From: Candidatus Micrarchaeota archaeon
GTDB lineage: Archaea; Micrarchaeota; Micrarchaeia; Anstonellales; Bilamarchaeaceae
Direction of reading: 5' to 3'
Length of the DNA: 64,000 nucleotides
NCBI GenBank assembly: GCA_043827025.1
Contig: JBDRPL010000005.1
Location: 32,001 to 96,000 of the forward strand
A program made the translations under genes and the position numbers. Shown in pieces: positions 48,687 to 58,702 of the stretch; the stretch's first letter is position 1; each line of letters starts with the position of its first letter. Under the pieces are notes generated by a model, which saw nothing but the letters and a program-made list of their open reading frames with translations, did not search any database and was not told the origin of the DNA.

Positions 48687-50510
48687 ATGACCGATTTATT
48701 CACAAACAAAACACAGGCATTCATATACAATTTTAAGGCAAACCCTGTGCAGAGAATGCTTGATTTTGATTACATCTGCAGAAGAAAAACCCCTAGCATT
48801 GCAGGGCTTATCAATCCAGGAGGATCAGGTTTTCACAAAGCATTTTTTGGTGCAACTGAAATCATGCTTCCCATATATTCAAGCATTGATGCTGCAACAA
48901 AAGCTCATCCAAATGCAGATGTGATGGTTAATTTTGCTTCGTTCAGGAGCGCCTACGCATCATCATTGGAAGCGCTTAACAATACTTCCATAAAGACCGT
49001 TGCCATCATAGCCGAGGGGATTCCTGAAAGACTGACAAAGGAATTGATTGCAATAGCAAACAAAAAGAAGAAATGGATAATCGGGCCTGCAACAGTTGGA
49101 GGATTGGCAGCAGGCAAATTCAGGATAGGGAATACTGCAGGCACCATTGACAACATAATCAAATGCAAGGCTTACAGACCCGGCTCAGTTGGCTTTGTTT
49201 CAAAATCAGGAGGTCTTTCCAATGAGATGTTCAATGTCATTGCAAGAACTACTGATGGAATTTATGAAGGAATTGCAATTGGCGGAGATGCATGCCCAGG
49301 CTCCAAATTAATAGACCATATCCTAAGGTATGAAAATAATCCTGCAATCAAAATGATTGTTGCTCTTGGAGAACTTGGAGGAAATGAGGAATATGAGATC
49401 GCCAATGCAGTGAAAGCGAAAAAAATAACCAAACCAATTGTCATGTGGGTTGCAGGAACCTGTGCAAATGTTTTCCCAGGGGAAGTGCAGTTCGGCCACG
49501 CAGGCGCAAAAAGCGGTAAACAAGAAAATTCAGCAGCTGCCAAGAACAAGGCATTGAAAGAAGCTGGAGTCATCGTGCCAAATTCATACGAGGATTTTGA
49601 CCAAAGGATAAAGGAAACGTTTGACAGGTTGAAGAAAGATGGCAAAATAAAGGAAATTGAAGAGCCCGAGGTTCCAAAATTACCTATGGACTATTTAGAA
49701 GCACTGAAAAAAGGAGTGATACGTAAACAAACCAATTTCATCTGCTCAATTTCAGACGATAGGGGGGATGAGCCCTATTATGCAGGCATTCCAATGAGCA
49801 AAATGATTGAGGATGACTATTCTGTTGGCGAAATAATTTCCTTATTGTGGTTTAAGAAAAGATTGCCAAAATATGCCACGAAATTCATTGAAACTGTGAT
49901 GATAATTGCAGCAGATCACGGGCCATGTGTATCAGGTGCCCACAATACAATAATTACTGCAAGGGCAGGGAAGGACCTGATATCCTCATTATGCTCTGGC
50001 TTATTGACAATCGGCCCAAGATTCGGAGGTGCAATTGATGATGCTGCAAGATATTTCAAGCATGCAGCTGATTCTGGAATGGCTCCTGATGAATTTGTCA
50101 GTGAAATGAAGAAAAAGGGCATTAATATCCCTGGAATTGGCCATAGGATAAAATCTGCAAAAAACCCTGACAAGAGGGTCGAAATACTAAAGGCGTATGC
50201 AAAGAAAAACTTCCCCCAGACAAAATACCTTGACTATGCTTTGTCAGTTGAAAAAGAGACGCTGAAAAAGGCAGACAACCTTATTTTAAATGTGGATGGC
50301 TGTATAGGCATTTTATTCGTGGATTTGATGGATGGTTGCGAGGCATTTTCAAAGGAAGAACTTAATTCAATTGTTGATATAGGCTACCTGAACGGTTTGT
50401 TCATCTTGGCAAGATCAATAGGGTTAATGGGCCATGTATTTGACCAAAAGAGGCTGAAACAGACACTCTACAGGCATCCATGGGATGATGTGTTGTTTAT
50501 AGACCGTTAA
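48687..50510 (+). CDS. aclA: ATP citrate lyase, alpha subunit
   Basis: QRMLDFD, NFASFRSA, GPATVGG, QFGHAGA (phospho-His), ADHGP.VSGAHN, GIGHR, LNVDG. Confidence 0.95.
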   Translation: MTDLFTNKTQAFIYNFKANPVQRMLDFDYICRRKTPSIAGLINPGGSGFHKAFFGATEIMLPIYSSIDAATKAHPNADVMVNFASFRSAYASSLEALNNTSIKTVAIIAEGIPERLTKELIAIANKKKKWIIGPATVGGLAAGKFRIGNTAGTIDNIIKCKAYRPGSVGFVSKSGGLSNEMFNVIARTTDGIYEGIAIGGDACPGSKLIDHILRYENNPAIKMIVALGELGGNEEYEIANAVKAKKITKPIVMWVAGTCANVFPGEVQFGHAGAKSGKQENSAAAKNKALKEAGVIVPNSYEDFDQRIKETFDRLKKDGKIKEIEEPEVPKLPMDYLEALKKGVIRKQTNFICSISDDRGDEPYYAGIPMSKMIEDDYSVGEIISLLWFKKRLPKYATKFIETVMIIAADHGPCVSGAHNTIITARAGKDLISSLCSGLLTIGPRFGGAIDDAARYFKHAADSGMAPDEFVSEMKKKGINIPGIGHRIKSAKNPDKRVEILKAYAKKNFPQTKYLDYALSVEKETLKKADNLILNVDGCIGILFVDLMDGCEAFSKEELNSIVDIGYLNGLFILARSIGLMGHVFDQKRLKQTLYRHPWDDVLFIDR

Positions 50511-50958
50511 GCGCGAATATCCAATAATTAAGCACTGAGGCAAAGCTTACCCACAGCAGATAAGGGATCATAAGATAGGTTGCTGTTTTGGAAACCCTGT
50601 AAAATGCCAACATTGTTGCCACAATAGAAAGCCACAGCGCGATAATGCAGATGAGCCCATAAATCGGAGACCTCAAACCAAAGAACAGGACAGACCATAG
50701 CAGATTAAGCCCAAGTTGAACGGAATACAATGAAATAGCAGTCTTATTTTTCTTTGCAATCCAAACCAGATAGAATGCAACCCCCATCAATATATATAGA
50801 AGCGTCCAAACAGGCCCAAAAAGCCAGGAAGGAGGATTAAACGATGGTTTTTCCAAAGTTGAATACCAAGTATTAACTGAAGAAATCGTGAAATAAGAAC
50901 CTACAAAGCCCACCAGCAAAGGAATCAAAATTGCAATACCAAGCATTTTCCAGTTCAT
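50497..50958 (-). CDS. tspO: TspO/MBR tryptophan-rich sensory protein
   Basis: WYSTLEKPSFNPPSWLFGPVWT, LNLLWS, PYLLWVSFA. Confidence 0.95.
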   Translation of the reverse strand: MNWKMLGIAILIPLLVGFVGSYFTISSVNTWYSTLEKPSFNPPSWLFGPVWTLLYILMGVAFYLVWIAKKNKTAISLYSVQLGLNLLWSVLFFGLRSPIYGLICIIALWLSIVATMLAFYRVSKTATYLMIPYLLWVSFASVLNYWIFALNGL

Positions 50959-51269
50959 TATTCCTCTCCTGCAAGCGAACTCAATATTTCCTTTGCTTTT
51001 GATTTTGAACCTGGGTCTTGCGAATACACTATGAACAAATAAGCGCCTGAAACTCCTGATTCAAATACCGGATAAATTGTTTTCTGAAGTAGTTTAATCT
51101 TTCCAAGTTCAGGAATTGCAAGATCCTGCCTTTCGAACCTATAAAGCTCGATATGAACTTTATCCATGACATAAAATGTAGCCTCACGATAATTTTTTAC
51201 CATCTTGTGCCCGCTTATATGTGCAGTTTTCAAGCCTTTTTTCGGCAACCTTGCTTCCATGTAATCCAT
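50958..51269 (-). CDS. Hypothetical protein
   Basis: 103 aa; coupled to neighbours. Confidence 0.55.
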   Translation of the reverse strand: MDYMEARLPKKGLKTAHISGHKMVKNYREATFYVMDKVHIELYRFERQDLAIPELGKIKLLQKTIYPVFESGVSGAYLFIVYSQDPGSKSKAKEILSSLAGEE

Positions 51270-51824
51270 TCATCCACCTTGTTTCTGGAGTTTTTTCTCC
51301 TTGTCCTTCACTTTCTTGCTTTTTTTCACAGAAGCCTTTTGATCTGAAACAGCTGTATTGGGCTCTTCGACAGTTGTTCGTATGTCCTTTACTTTTTCAG
51401 CTCCAAGCCTTGTCTTAAATTCATTGAGCATCTCCTGGCAAAGTCCTTTTTGATTAGTTTCAAGCTGTATACGATAAACTGCATAGTCAGGAAGCGTACG
51501 GATGAATAGTGCATAGCCTGGCTTCAGAGTAATGTTGCCTTCTGTTCGTTCGGATTGCGAATAAATGGCAAAGACATCATATATTTGATAATATGCAAAT
51601 TCATTGTAGGAAATCGATGGCCGAATTACAGCAAATTTAGTGTCATAGAATACATAATCCATCTTCCACATAAAGAACAATGTGACTAAGAATGAAGTTA
51701 TCAAAAGCATCAGAGAGCCCCTGCAGATGGACATCTTAAATAAAAACAAAGCAGCCAAAAAGAACAGAATTGACAGTATCCCAATCAACAAGCGGTTTTT
51801 TGAGGTTGTGAATTTACGGATCAT
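51270..51824 (-). CDS. Membrane hypothetical protein
   Basis: Two N-terminal TMs, basic tail. Confidence 0.6.
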   Translation of the reverse strand: MIRKFTTSKNRLLIGILSILFFLAALFLFKMSICRGSLMLLITSFLVTLFFMWKMDYVFYDTKFAVIRPSISYNEFAYYQIYDVFAIYSQSERTEGNITLKPGYALFIRTLPDYAVYRIQLETNQKGLCQEMLNEFKTRLGAEKVKDIRTTVEEPNTAVSDQKASVKKSKKVKDKEKKLQKQGG

Positions 51825-51940
51825 GCAATGTCATCTCACATGACCTATTTAATCTTTGCCTTGCAGTCATATTCACTGGAAGTATTGTGTTTGAAGATGT
51901 AAATATAGGTTTAAAAGCATTACGAAACATAACTTTGTTC

Positions 51941-52717
51941 ATGAAGACAACCACTAAACCAAAGGTTCAGAACCAGGTTGGCATTGCTAGAATAAGCAAG
52001 GACACTTCTCCTAAGGAAGCACAAAGATTGTTTGGGGCATTTAAAAAATTGACTGCTACTGCAGGCAAAATCGTCTGTCTCGAAACAGATTTGCCTTTCG
52101 GAAAGTCAGAACACAGGGAATGGCATGAGGCCGTAGAAGCTGGGGAAAGAACAGTCTTGCTTGCGCTTAAAGAAGGCAGTGCTGTAGGAACTTTCTCGAT
52201 TGTTGAAGGTGCTTTACCAGTTTTATCAATCACAGACGGCATAATCTCAAGCACAGTCGATATGGTTGTTGCAGGTCTTGACCTCACAGCCGCTTTTATA
52301 CTAGAGAATCAAAGAGGAAAAGGTGTTTGTAGGGCACTTGCAGAAGAAGTCAGAAAAACAGCAGTCGAACAGGCAACAGGCACTAACAATGACGTTCATA
52401 TGAGCATCTCGACAGGAGAAGAAGCATATGAGATAACAAATCCAATACTTGCAAGAATGCTTGGAAAAACAAATGAAGAAATAGAAGGACTCGCAACTGT
52501 TGTTCTCTTCAGCATGTTCGCAGGAATGAAAGGAAAAACACTTACCTCTGATGAAATGAAAGGGATTGTTGATATTACCCAAAGAATTGGAATAAATCCA
52601 GATTCCGCAGCAATTAAGACAATACTTGACAGCTGGGTTTCAAAAGGAAATGCAAGATTCGTAGGCCACTCAGTAGATGGTGCAGAGCCTGTTTGGGTTA
52701 TGCATCCTTTGAGTTGA
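51941..52717 (+). CDS. GNAT-like hypothetical protein
   Basis: FILENQRGKGVCRAL acetyl-CoA motif A. Confidence 0.55.
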   Translation: MKTTTKPKVQNQVGIARISKDTSPKEAQRLFGAFKKLTATAGKIVCLETDLPFGKSEHREWHEAVEAGERTVLLALKEGSAVGTFSIVEGALPVLSITDGIISSTVDMVVAGLDLTAAFILENQRGKGVCRALAEEVRKTAVEQATGTNNDVHMSISTGEEAYEITNPILARMLGKTNEEIEGLATVVLFSMFAGMKGKTLTSDEMKGIVDITQRIGINPDSAAIKTILDSWVSKGNARFVGHSVDGAEPVWVMHPLS

Positions 52718-52740
52718 AATTTTTCCATTTTAGATGAGCC

Positions 52741-53187
52741 CTAATGACTAATGCCATCAAGTTCAGTAAAACTAAAAACGCCTGTTTCTTCTTCGGACCC
52801 GATAGTACAGTTTTCTTTCTCCCTTATACATGTTAAACTAAAGGGGTGCTTGCCATCTAATGCATCTACCTTGCAGTTATATTGCTTTTTATCTTTGGTT
52901 TCTTCTGCACTGCATGAACATCCAAAAACAGCGAAATCAGGATACCCTTTTTCCCTTGCAAGTTCTTTTGCCTTCAGAAGGCAATTCCGTTCCACTGAAG
53001 ATTTCCCTATCTGTGACCACAGATCAACAGTCTGATTCATAGTCTTATTGATCTCTGTTTCATTAGCCAGAACATCCTGGTTTCTGGGAATAAGGAGATT
53101 GACAAATATTGTGACGAGTACAGAAATAGCAAGTACTAACGCTATGACCGCAAAGAACATCGTCATTGATCTTTTTTTGGATAGCAT
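52741..53187 (-). CDS. Membrane-anchored Cys-rich protein
   Basis: N-terminal TM, six Cys in the extracellular part. Confidence 0.6.
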   Translation of the reverse strand: MLSKKRSMTMFFAVIALVLAISVLVTIFVNLLIPRNQDVLANETEINKTMNQTVDLWSQIGKSSVERNCLLKAKELAREKGYPDFAVFGCSCSAEETKDKKQYNCKVDALDGKHPFSLTCIREKENCTIGSEEETGVFSFTELDGISH

Positions 53188-53191
53188 AAAA

Positions 53192-53491
53192 TCATTTCTC
53201 TTTCTTCAGCCTTTCTATCTCTTTTCTTGCAGTGCCGCAAACCTTGCTCATTGGATCTGCCTTTAGGCAATTCTGGCAAATGAATATAGGTTCAATGTCT
53301 TTAACCATTTTCTCTGCACTGCCTATTGCCATATTCCCTAGACACTGGGCATTCCCCTTTAGAACTTCCTCGTGCATATTCCCAACATTCGAATCAGATT
53401 CAAAAAAGAGCATCATCTCCTTTCCACAGCAATTGCATTTTACCAAGTAAACATCTCGGCCATATGCTTTTTCTTTTTGCATGGAATTCAC
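53192..53491 (-). CDS. Zn-binding hypothetical protein
   Basis: CNCC ... CQNC. Confidence 0.55.
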   Translation of the reverse strand: MNSMQKEKAYGRDVYLVKCNCCGKEMMLFFESDSNVGNMHEEVLKGNAQCLGNMAIGSAEKMVKDIEPIFICQNCLKADPMSKVCGTARKEIERLKKEK

Positions 53492-54237
53492 TGAAAAACC
53501 CTATATGGAACAATAAGGCCGGGCATCCTTTTGAAAACAGGGTCTATGGCCACTGCCTCGTCTCCTTTACATTCGATTGCAAACAAGACCAAATGAGAAG
53601 GATTTCCCTTTATATCTGTTGAGCCGCCTGTAATTGAAATAGCATATATCTTGTTTCCTTGAAAAGCCAAATCAAACGCCTTTCCCTCTCTTAAGGTATC
53701 GTTTGCCCATGCAGGGGGTTTGGATTTTTCATCCTGAGTGATTACTTTGACCAGTTGTTGCCAAGAACGCTGAAGAGTTTGCATCAAAGCCTCGTTTTTA
53801 TCCTTTGCTTTCAAAGCTTTGCTTATTTCCGATAGAAGCGTGAGTTTCATATATTGTTGGGGCGTATGCATATGCAGCTCCCCTTCTTTATCAAGATAAA
53901 GTTGGGCAACAGCTTCCTTTCCATTAATAACAAGAACTGTGTTCGTCCAACTATCGAATTTAACTTTTAAGGATCCTGATTCAATGAGCCCTGCCAAATC
54001 ACCTTTACTACCCTCTTTCTGCGAAGCCAGCTTATTTACGATGAATCTGCAGGCATCGTCCCTGGAAAGAATCTCTTTGGCTAAATAATTCAATGAACCA
54101 AAGTATCTAACCTCCTCAGAACGTGCTCCGCCATATCTTGCCTCTGGATTATCAAAATAAACCCTTCCGTGTTGTATGATTCGTGAAACTGCATCTTTGA
54201 GATCCTCTTCCACACCTTGTTTTTGAATAAGTGCCAT
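53488..54237 (-). CDS. Hypothetical protein
   Basis: Start trimmed to MALIQ to avoid overlap with the divergent gene. Confidence 0.55.
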   Translation of the reverse strand: MALIQKQGVEEDLKDAVSRIIQHGRVYFDNPEARYGGARSEEVRYFGSLNYLAKEILSRDDACRFIVNKLASQKEGSKGDLAGLIESGSLKVKFDSWTNTVLVINGKEAVAQLYLDKEGELHMHTPQQYMKLTLLSEISKALKAKDKNEALMQTLQRSWQQLVKVITQDEKSKPPAWANDTLREGKAFDLAFQGNKIYAISITGGSTDIKGNPSHLVLFAIECKGDEAVAIDPVFKRMPGLIVPYRVFQ

Positions 54238-54288
54238 GGAATACATTGGGAATGAAACTTTAAGAATCTTATACTTTAACAGATAGTA

Positions 54289-55164
54289 ATGGAACCTCAA
54301 GAATTTAAGGACTGGCTCTCGACTTACACGAATGCCGACCAGTGCTTGGAAGCATTCAGAAACCAAAAGGAGTTCTTTAGGGTAAACACCATCAAAATGG
54401 ACGTAGATCGTTTTCAGTTAACAACAAAGATAAAGTGCAAGAAAAGCCCTTATTGCGCTGCAGGCTTTGAACTCGAAGAAACCAATTATGCAATTGGAAG
54501 GACATGGGAATATTTCCTGGGTTATATCTACCCCCAGAGCTTGAGCTCGATGCTTGTTTCGCCTGTTCTCGATCCAAAACCTGGTGAATGCATATTGGAT
54601 GTTGCAGCATCCCCTGGATCCAAGTTCTCGCATATGGCAATGCTTATGCAGAATAAAGGCGTTTTGGTAGCGAATGACATCAAGAAAGATAAGATTTCTG
54701 CGATTTACTCAACAATTAATCGATTGAACATATTGAATTCAATTGTCACAGTCAGAGATGGAACACAATTGGATTGGAAGGAAAGATTTGATAAGATTTT
54801 ATTGGACGCACCGTGTACTGCGCTTGGAAGCGGAGAAAGCGCTCCAGAAAGATGGCAATTGGAGAATTCGCAGAAAATATCAGTACTCCAAAAAAAGATG
54901 CTCTTCAGCGCCTATGATGCGCTTAAGAAAGGCGGCGAGCTTGTTTATTCTACATGCACATACGCAAAAGAGGAGAATGAGGCAGTTGTTGCTAATCTTC
55001 TGGATAATGTTTCAACAGCAAAATTGGAATCAATTGAACTAGATATTCCACATGAATCAGGTTTGAGTGAATATGGAAACGAATTCAAAAAAGTTTACAG
55101 GATATACCCTCAGCACATAAACAGCGAGGGATTTTTCATAGCAAAGATAAAGAAGAGCGAGTGA
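54289..55164 (+). CDS. RsmB/NOP2 family RNA m5C methyltransferase
   Basis: QSLSSM, LDVAASPGSK, ILLDAPC, VYSTCT..EENE, GFFIAK. Confidence 0.93.
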   Translation: MEPQEFKDWLSTYTNADQCLEAFRNQKEFFRVNTIKMDVDRFQLTTKIKCKKSPYCAAGFELEETNYAIGRTWEYFLGYIYPQSLSSMLVSPVLDPKPGECILDVAASPGSKFSHMAMLMQNKGVLVANDIKKDKISAIYSTINRLNILNSIVTVRDGTQLDWKERFDKILLDAPCTALGSGESAPERWQLENSQKISVLQKKMLFSAYDALKKGGELVYSTCTYAKEENEAVVANLLDNVSTAKLESIELDIPHESGLSEYGNEFKKVYRIYPQHINSEGFFIAKIKKSE

Positions 55165-55174
55165 TGGTGGCAAT

Positions 55175-55603
55175 ATGGGCATAGGGCATAAGGAAAGGAA
55201 TTTCGAAAAATACCTTGAGAAGCACTTCGAGATAAAGTTGCCTGAAGGGGTGGAGATCTTTTATGCAAAAGGCATTAGAATAGGCAATACAGATTTGATG
55301 AAGAGTCATCTTCATGGAGATTTAGGCTATGCTGCATGCGATTTTGGCTTCAATCCTACAAATTCAATGATTCAAAACTTCGGCCATTTGGCAAGGAAAA
55401 ATGTTATCAAAGTAGAGGAGAAAGATGCTAAAGAATTTGCTTCTGGAAAGGACATGATTAAAGAGCTTGGAACAAAAAGCAAGTTCGTCATTGTCAGATA
55501 CGGATCACATATTATTGGTTTAGGGCATTATGATCCTAAGAGGAAAAGAATATTGAATAAGATGCCTGAGAAAAGAAGGAGAGATATTGTAAATTCAATT
55601 TGA
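55175..55603 (+). CDS. NIP7/RsmF C-terminal PUA-like partner
   Basis: PTNSMIQ.FG..ARKNVI...FASGKD; follows the methyltransferase. Confidence 0.6.
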   Translation: MGIGHKERNFEKYLEKHFEIKLPEGVEIFYAKGIRIGNTDLMKSHLHGDLGYAACDFGFNPTNSMIQNFGHLARKNVIKVEEKDAKEFASGKDMIKELGTKSKFVIVRYGSHIIGLGHYDPKRKRILNKMPEKRRRDIVNSI

Positions 55604-55612
55604 AAACTAAAA

Positions 55613-56575
55613 TTATGCGCCCATCTCTTTCTTCACCTTAAGCAATGCTCCAAGCCTCTTGTAAGTTAAAGGATGGGTGCTTATTATTTCAAATCCTCCA
55701 TGTTTTTTCTCATTCTCTATTGCCTGCGCTATCTTTTCAGGATGGCCTGTCTTTATCAACTGAACGATTTCTCCTGAAAAATTAGCCTCGTTTTTAGAGG
55801 GATTAGCAAAATAGAATGCCTTTATCATGCCTCCTGAATCAGAAGGTTTTGTTGCAGAGGTGTAGCTTATCTTCGCAAGGGCATTTATCAGATAATCTGG
55901 TTTTCCAGTTGCCTTAGCAGCAAATTCATCTGCACAATATTCCCTGCTTCTTGAAAGCCAAAGCACGAGCAATTGGCCTATAAATTGAGATGCTAATGCT
56001 CCAAGCCATACTACCAAAAATCCTCCGCTTCTGTTATCCCTTCCTCCAAAAATAAGAACCCCATAATATATCATTACAGGAATGACGCTTGCAAGAGTCA
56101 TTATTATAACATCGCGATGCTTTATGTGTGCAATTTCATGGGCTAGAACACCTTCGATTTCCTCTTTGTTCAAGACATTCATCAACCCACTATAGATTGC
56201 AATACCAGCGCTCTTTTGAGTCCTCCCAAAAGCAAATGCATTTGCATTCGGACTATCAACAATGTAAAGCTTTGGCATTGGTATTTTGGCAACCACAATC
56301 AACCGCTCAACTATTTCATAAATCCCAGGAGCTTGTTCTCTTGGAAGATCCTTTGCCTTGGTAGACCATTTGATTATTATTGGCCCAAGGTACCATTGAA
56401 TAAAAACCATGAATAGCGAAAGGCCTATCCACACAGTGATACTTCCTGAACCAAATCCAGTGAAATAGATTATTGCACCAATTATTACAGTTATAAATGT
56501 GAATAAGAGGACTGTAGTAAGAAAAATCCTCATATCCAGATTGAATAAACCTGAAGTTTTAATCTGTTCGACCAT
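55613..56575 (-). CDS. htpX: Zinc metalloprotease HtpX (M48)
   Basis: NAFAFG, LAHEIAH, SRSREY.AD, STHP. Confidence 0.93.
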   Translation of the reverse strand: MVEQIKTSGLFNLDMRIFLTTVLLFTFITVIIGAIIYFTGFGSGSITVWIGLSLFMVFIQWYLGPIIIKWSTKAKDLPREQAPGIYEIVERLIVVAKIPMPKLYIVDSPNANAFAFGRTQKSAGIAIYSGLMNVLNKEEIEGVLAHEIAHIKHRDVIIMTLASVIPVMIYYGVLIFGGRDNRSGGFLVVWLGALASQFIGQLLVLWLSRSREYCADEFAAKATGKPDYLINALAKISYTSATKPSDSGGMIKAFYFANPSKNEANFSGEIVQLIKTGHPEKIAQAIENEKKHGGFEIISTHPLTYKRLGALLKVKKEMGA

Positions 56576-56585
56576 AGAGATACCT

Positions 56586-57881
56586 TCATTTCGGCTTGAG
56601 ATAGCCCCATTTCTCCAAGGCTTCTCTTAGTTCTACACACTTATTGGCCTTTTCTTTTAAGCTTTTGCTTTCCATTGTTGCTTCAATAGCCTGCATAGTT
56701 GCCTTTGCACCTGCACGTGTCCCTTTTGGATGGCCATGGATTCCCCCACTTACAAGCAACACAAACTCATTTCCATAAATTTTCATGACATCTGGTACCA
56801 ACCCTGGATGCAACCCGCCAGATGAAACTGGAAAGGCTGATTTTATGTGGCCCCAATCCTGTTCTAATAGCATATTCTGGACAGGCTTTGTCTTTGCATC
56901 ACGCAAAAGATCTGCAAGTGCTTCAACCTCGCCTTTTGCAGCAGTTAATTTGCCAACTTCTGTTCCTGAATGAATTTGGCTTACTCCGATCAATCGCATC
57001 ATCTTTGCCAAGAACTGCATTGTCAATCCATGTTTTGGATTCCTGTCAAATGCAGCATGCATTGCACGATGTGCATGAATAGCCAAACCAAGATCTGAAC
57101 AATAATCCCGCATTGTTTGGACGCCAGCATATCCTGCAATTACAACATCAATCATGCAATAATTCCAGCCATTGTCTGCAAGCAGTTTTGCCCGCTTTTT
57201 CATTACTTCTGTCTCACTAGTTATGTTTATGAACGCGGATTTCACTTCTCCTGTTTCTTTTTCAGCCTTTTCCCTCATTTTTGTCATGAGATTAACGCGA
57301 TCCTCGAACCTATTGAATTTCTGCGAAGTTAAATTCTCATCATCCTTTACGAAATCGAATCCTCCCATCCAGGTTTCATAACCAATTTCTGCGTGTTCTT
57401 TTGCACTGAAACCAATCTTTGGCTTTGGCACTGCGCCTGTCAAAGGCCGCTTATAGACTTTCATCATTTTCCTAAGGCCATCTATCCCAAATTTAGGTCC
57501 TTTAAAATATTTTATATATTCTTTTGGCAAAGTCGCATCTATTAATCTAAGATTCTTCACAGCCTTCATTCCGAAGATATTGCCTGCGATTCCGCTGAGA
57601 AGCTGGCAGGCGTTTCCTTCTTCCCAAAGGTCTAACGGATAGGATACCTTGAGGTAATTCCCATTGATCTCGAATGCAGTTGCCTCTAAAGATTTCATTC
57701 TTGGGGGCAATCTCTGGAGAGTTGTCCATGTTCCTGTTGAACTCTCAGATGCGATTCTTCCTGCAACTTCCTTGAGGCCCATTCCCTTATCTGGCTCAAA
57801 ATAAAACAAACAGATTATCTCGTCTTTAGACGGCTTGTATTTCAAATCCACAAATTCATCATACCAGTCGATCTTCGCCAT
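56586..57881 (-). CDS. rbcL: RuBisCO form III large subunit
   Basis: ESSTGTWT, KPKIG, DFVKDDENL, HAHRAMH, GKL, SGGLHP, GGIHGHP. Confidence 0.95.
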   Translation of the reverse strand: MAKIDWYDEFVDLKYKPSKDEIICLFYFEPDKGMGLKEVAGRIASESSTGTWTTLQRLPPRMKSLEATAFEINGNYLKVSYPLDLWEEGNACQLLSGIAGNIFGMKAVKNLRLIDATLPKEYIKYFKGPKFGIDGLRKMMKVYKRPLTGAVPKPKIGFSAKEHAEIGYETWMGGFDFVKDDENLTSQKFNRFEDRVNLMTKMREKAEKETGEVKSAFINITSETEVMKKRAKLLADNGWNYCMIDVVIAGYAGVQTMRDYCSDLGLAIHAHRAMHAAFDRNPKHGLTMQFLAKMMRLIGVSQIHSGTEVGKLTAAKGEVEALADLLRDAKTKPVQNMLLEQDWGHIKSAFPVSSGGLHPGLVPDVMKIYGNEFVLLVSGGIHGHPKGTRAGAKATMQAIEATMESKSLKEKANKCVELREALEKWGYLKPK

Positions 57882-57929
57882 AAGAAGTAAAAACAGACAA
57901 GGAATATAAAGATTTGCAATAGGGGCGAA

Positions 57930-58697
57930 TTAAATCTTGATTTTATTTAAATCGCAGTATTTTTTGACAATTTCCAGTTCATTTTCATTCAATCTTTTGT
58001 TTCCCGCATAAAAGAAGGATTCATGGAAACCTGAAAAATCGTATAAAAAGATATCATAGCCTTCTTTTGATTTTTGACAAATAATCCTAAAAACAACATC
58101 CCCCTGATGATTCTGTTCAATGGATAAAAGATCGTTCTTCTTAGATGCTCGATAGGTGTACTTATCTGCGTATTTATTGTTGGGATCCTTGAATTCTTGA
58201 ATAATTGGATCACCGTCAGCAGTTTCCTTATAATTCAGGGTTTCCGTGTCAAAGTTTTCTTTGATATAATCTCCAAGCTCATTTATAGGAATGGACTGGT
58301 TGACCTTGATTTCAATGATTCCTTCCTTTTCATTCTTTTCAATAACCTTCTTGGGAATACATTCAACTATGCGCGTCTTGGAATCAAGATACTCCTCTTC
58401 AGAAGATTCAGGATAAAAAAGCGCCCAGAACCTTTCAGGCAATCTTATGCGAAAAGGATTTTTTACTTTTATTCTGCAGGTAGCCCCTTGCATAGGAGAG
58501 TTTTCACTAAACTGTCCCTTCTTGTCCAACCAGATCATATTTGTAAATCCAGTCATTACTGCCCAGTAAGGTCGTTTGTATTCATCTAGGAACTTGCCCC
58601 TATTGCCTTCACAGCACCAGTTCAGGGTTTCAAAAGAGATCTCAGAGTCAACTATTTGTTTGTCAGCCATTTTTGATCCAACTTCCTTTTTGTACAT
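57930..58697 (-). CDS. Hypothetical protein
   Basis: 255 aa ORF; start may be MADKQ. Confidence 0.6.
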   Translation of the reverse strand: MYKKEVGSKMADKQIVDSEISFETLNWCCEGNRGKFLDEYKRPYWAVMTGFTNMIWLDKKGQFSENSPMQGATCRIKVKNPFRIRLPERFWALFYPESSEEEYLDSKTRIVECIPKKVIEKNEKEGIIEIKVNQSIPINELGDYIKENFDTETLNYKETADGDPIIQEFKDPNNKYADKYTYRASKKNDLLSIEQNHQGDVVFRIICQKSKEGYDIFLYDFSGFHESFFYAGNKRLNENELEIVKKYCDLNKIKI

Positions 58698-58702
58698 TCA
58701 GT

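Noticed and set aside
44247..57881. Autotrophy by rTCA or Calvin cycle
   Set aside because: No OGOR, fumarate reductase or PRK in the window; ACL and form III RuBisCO alone are insufficient
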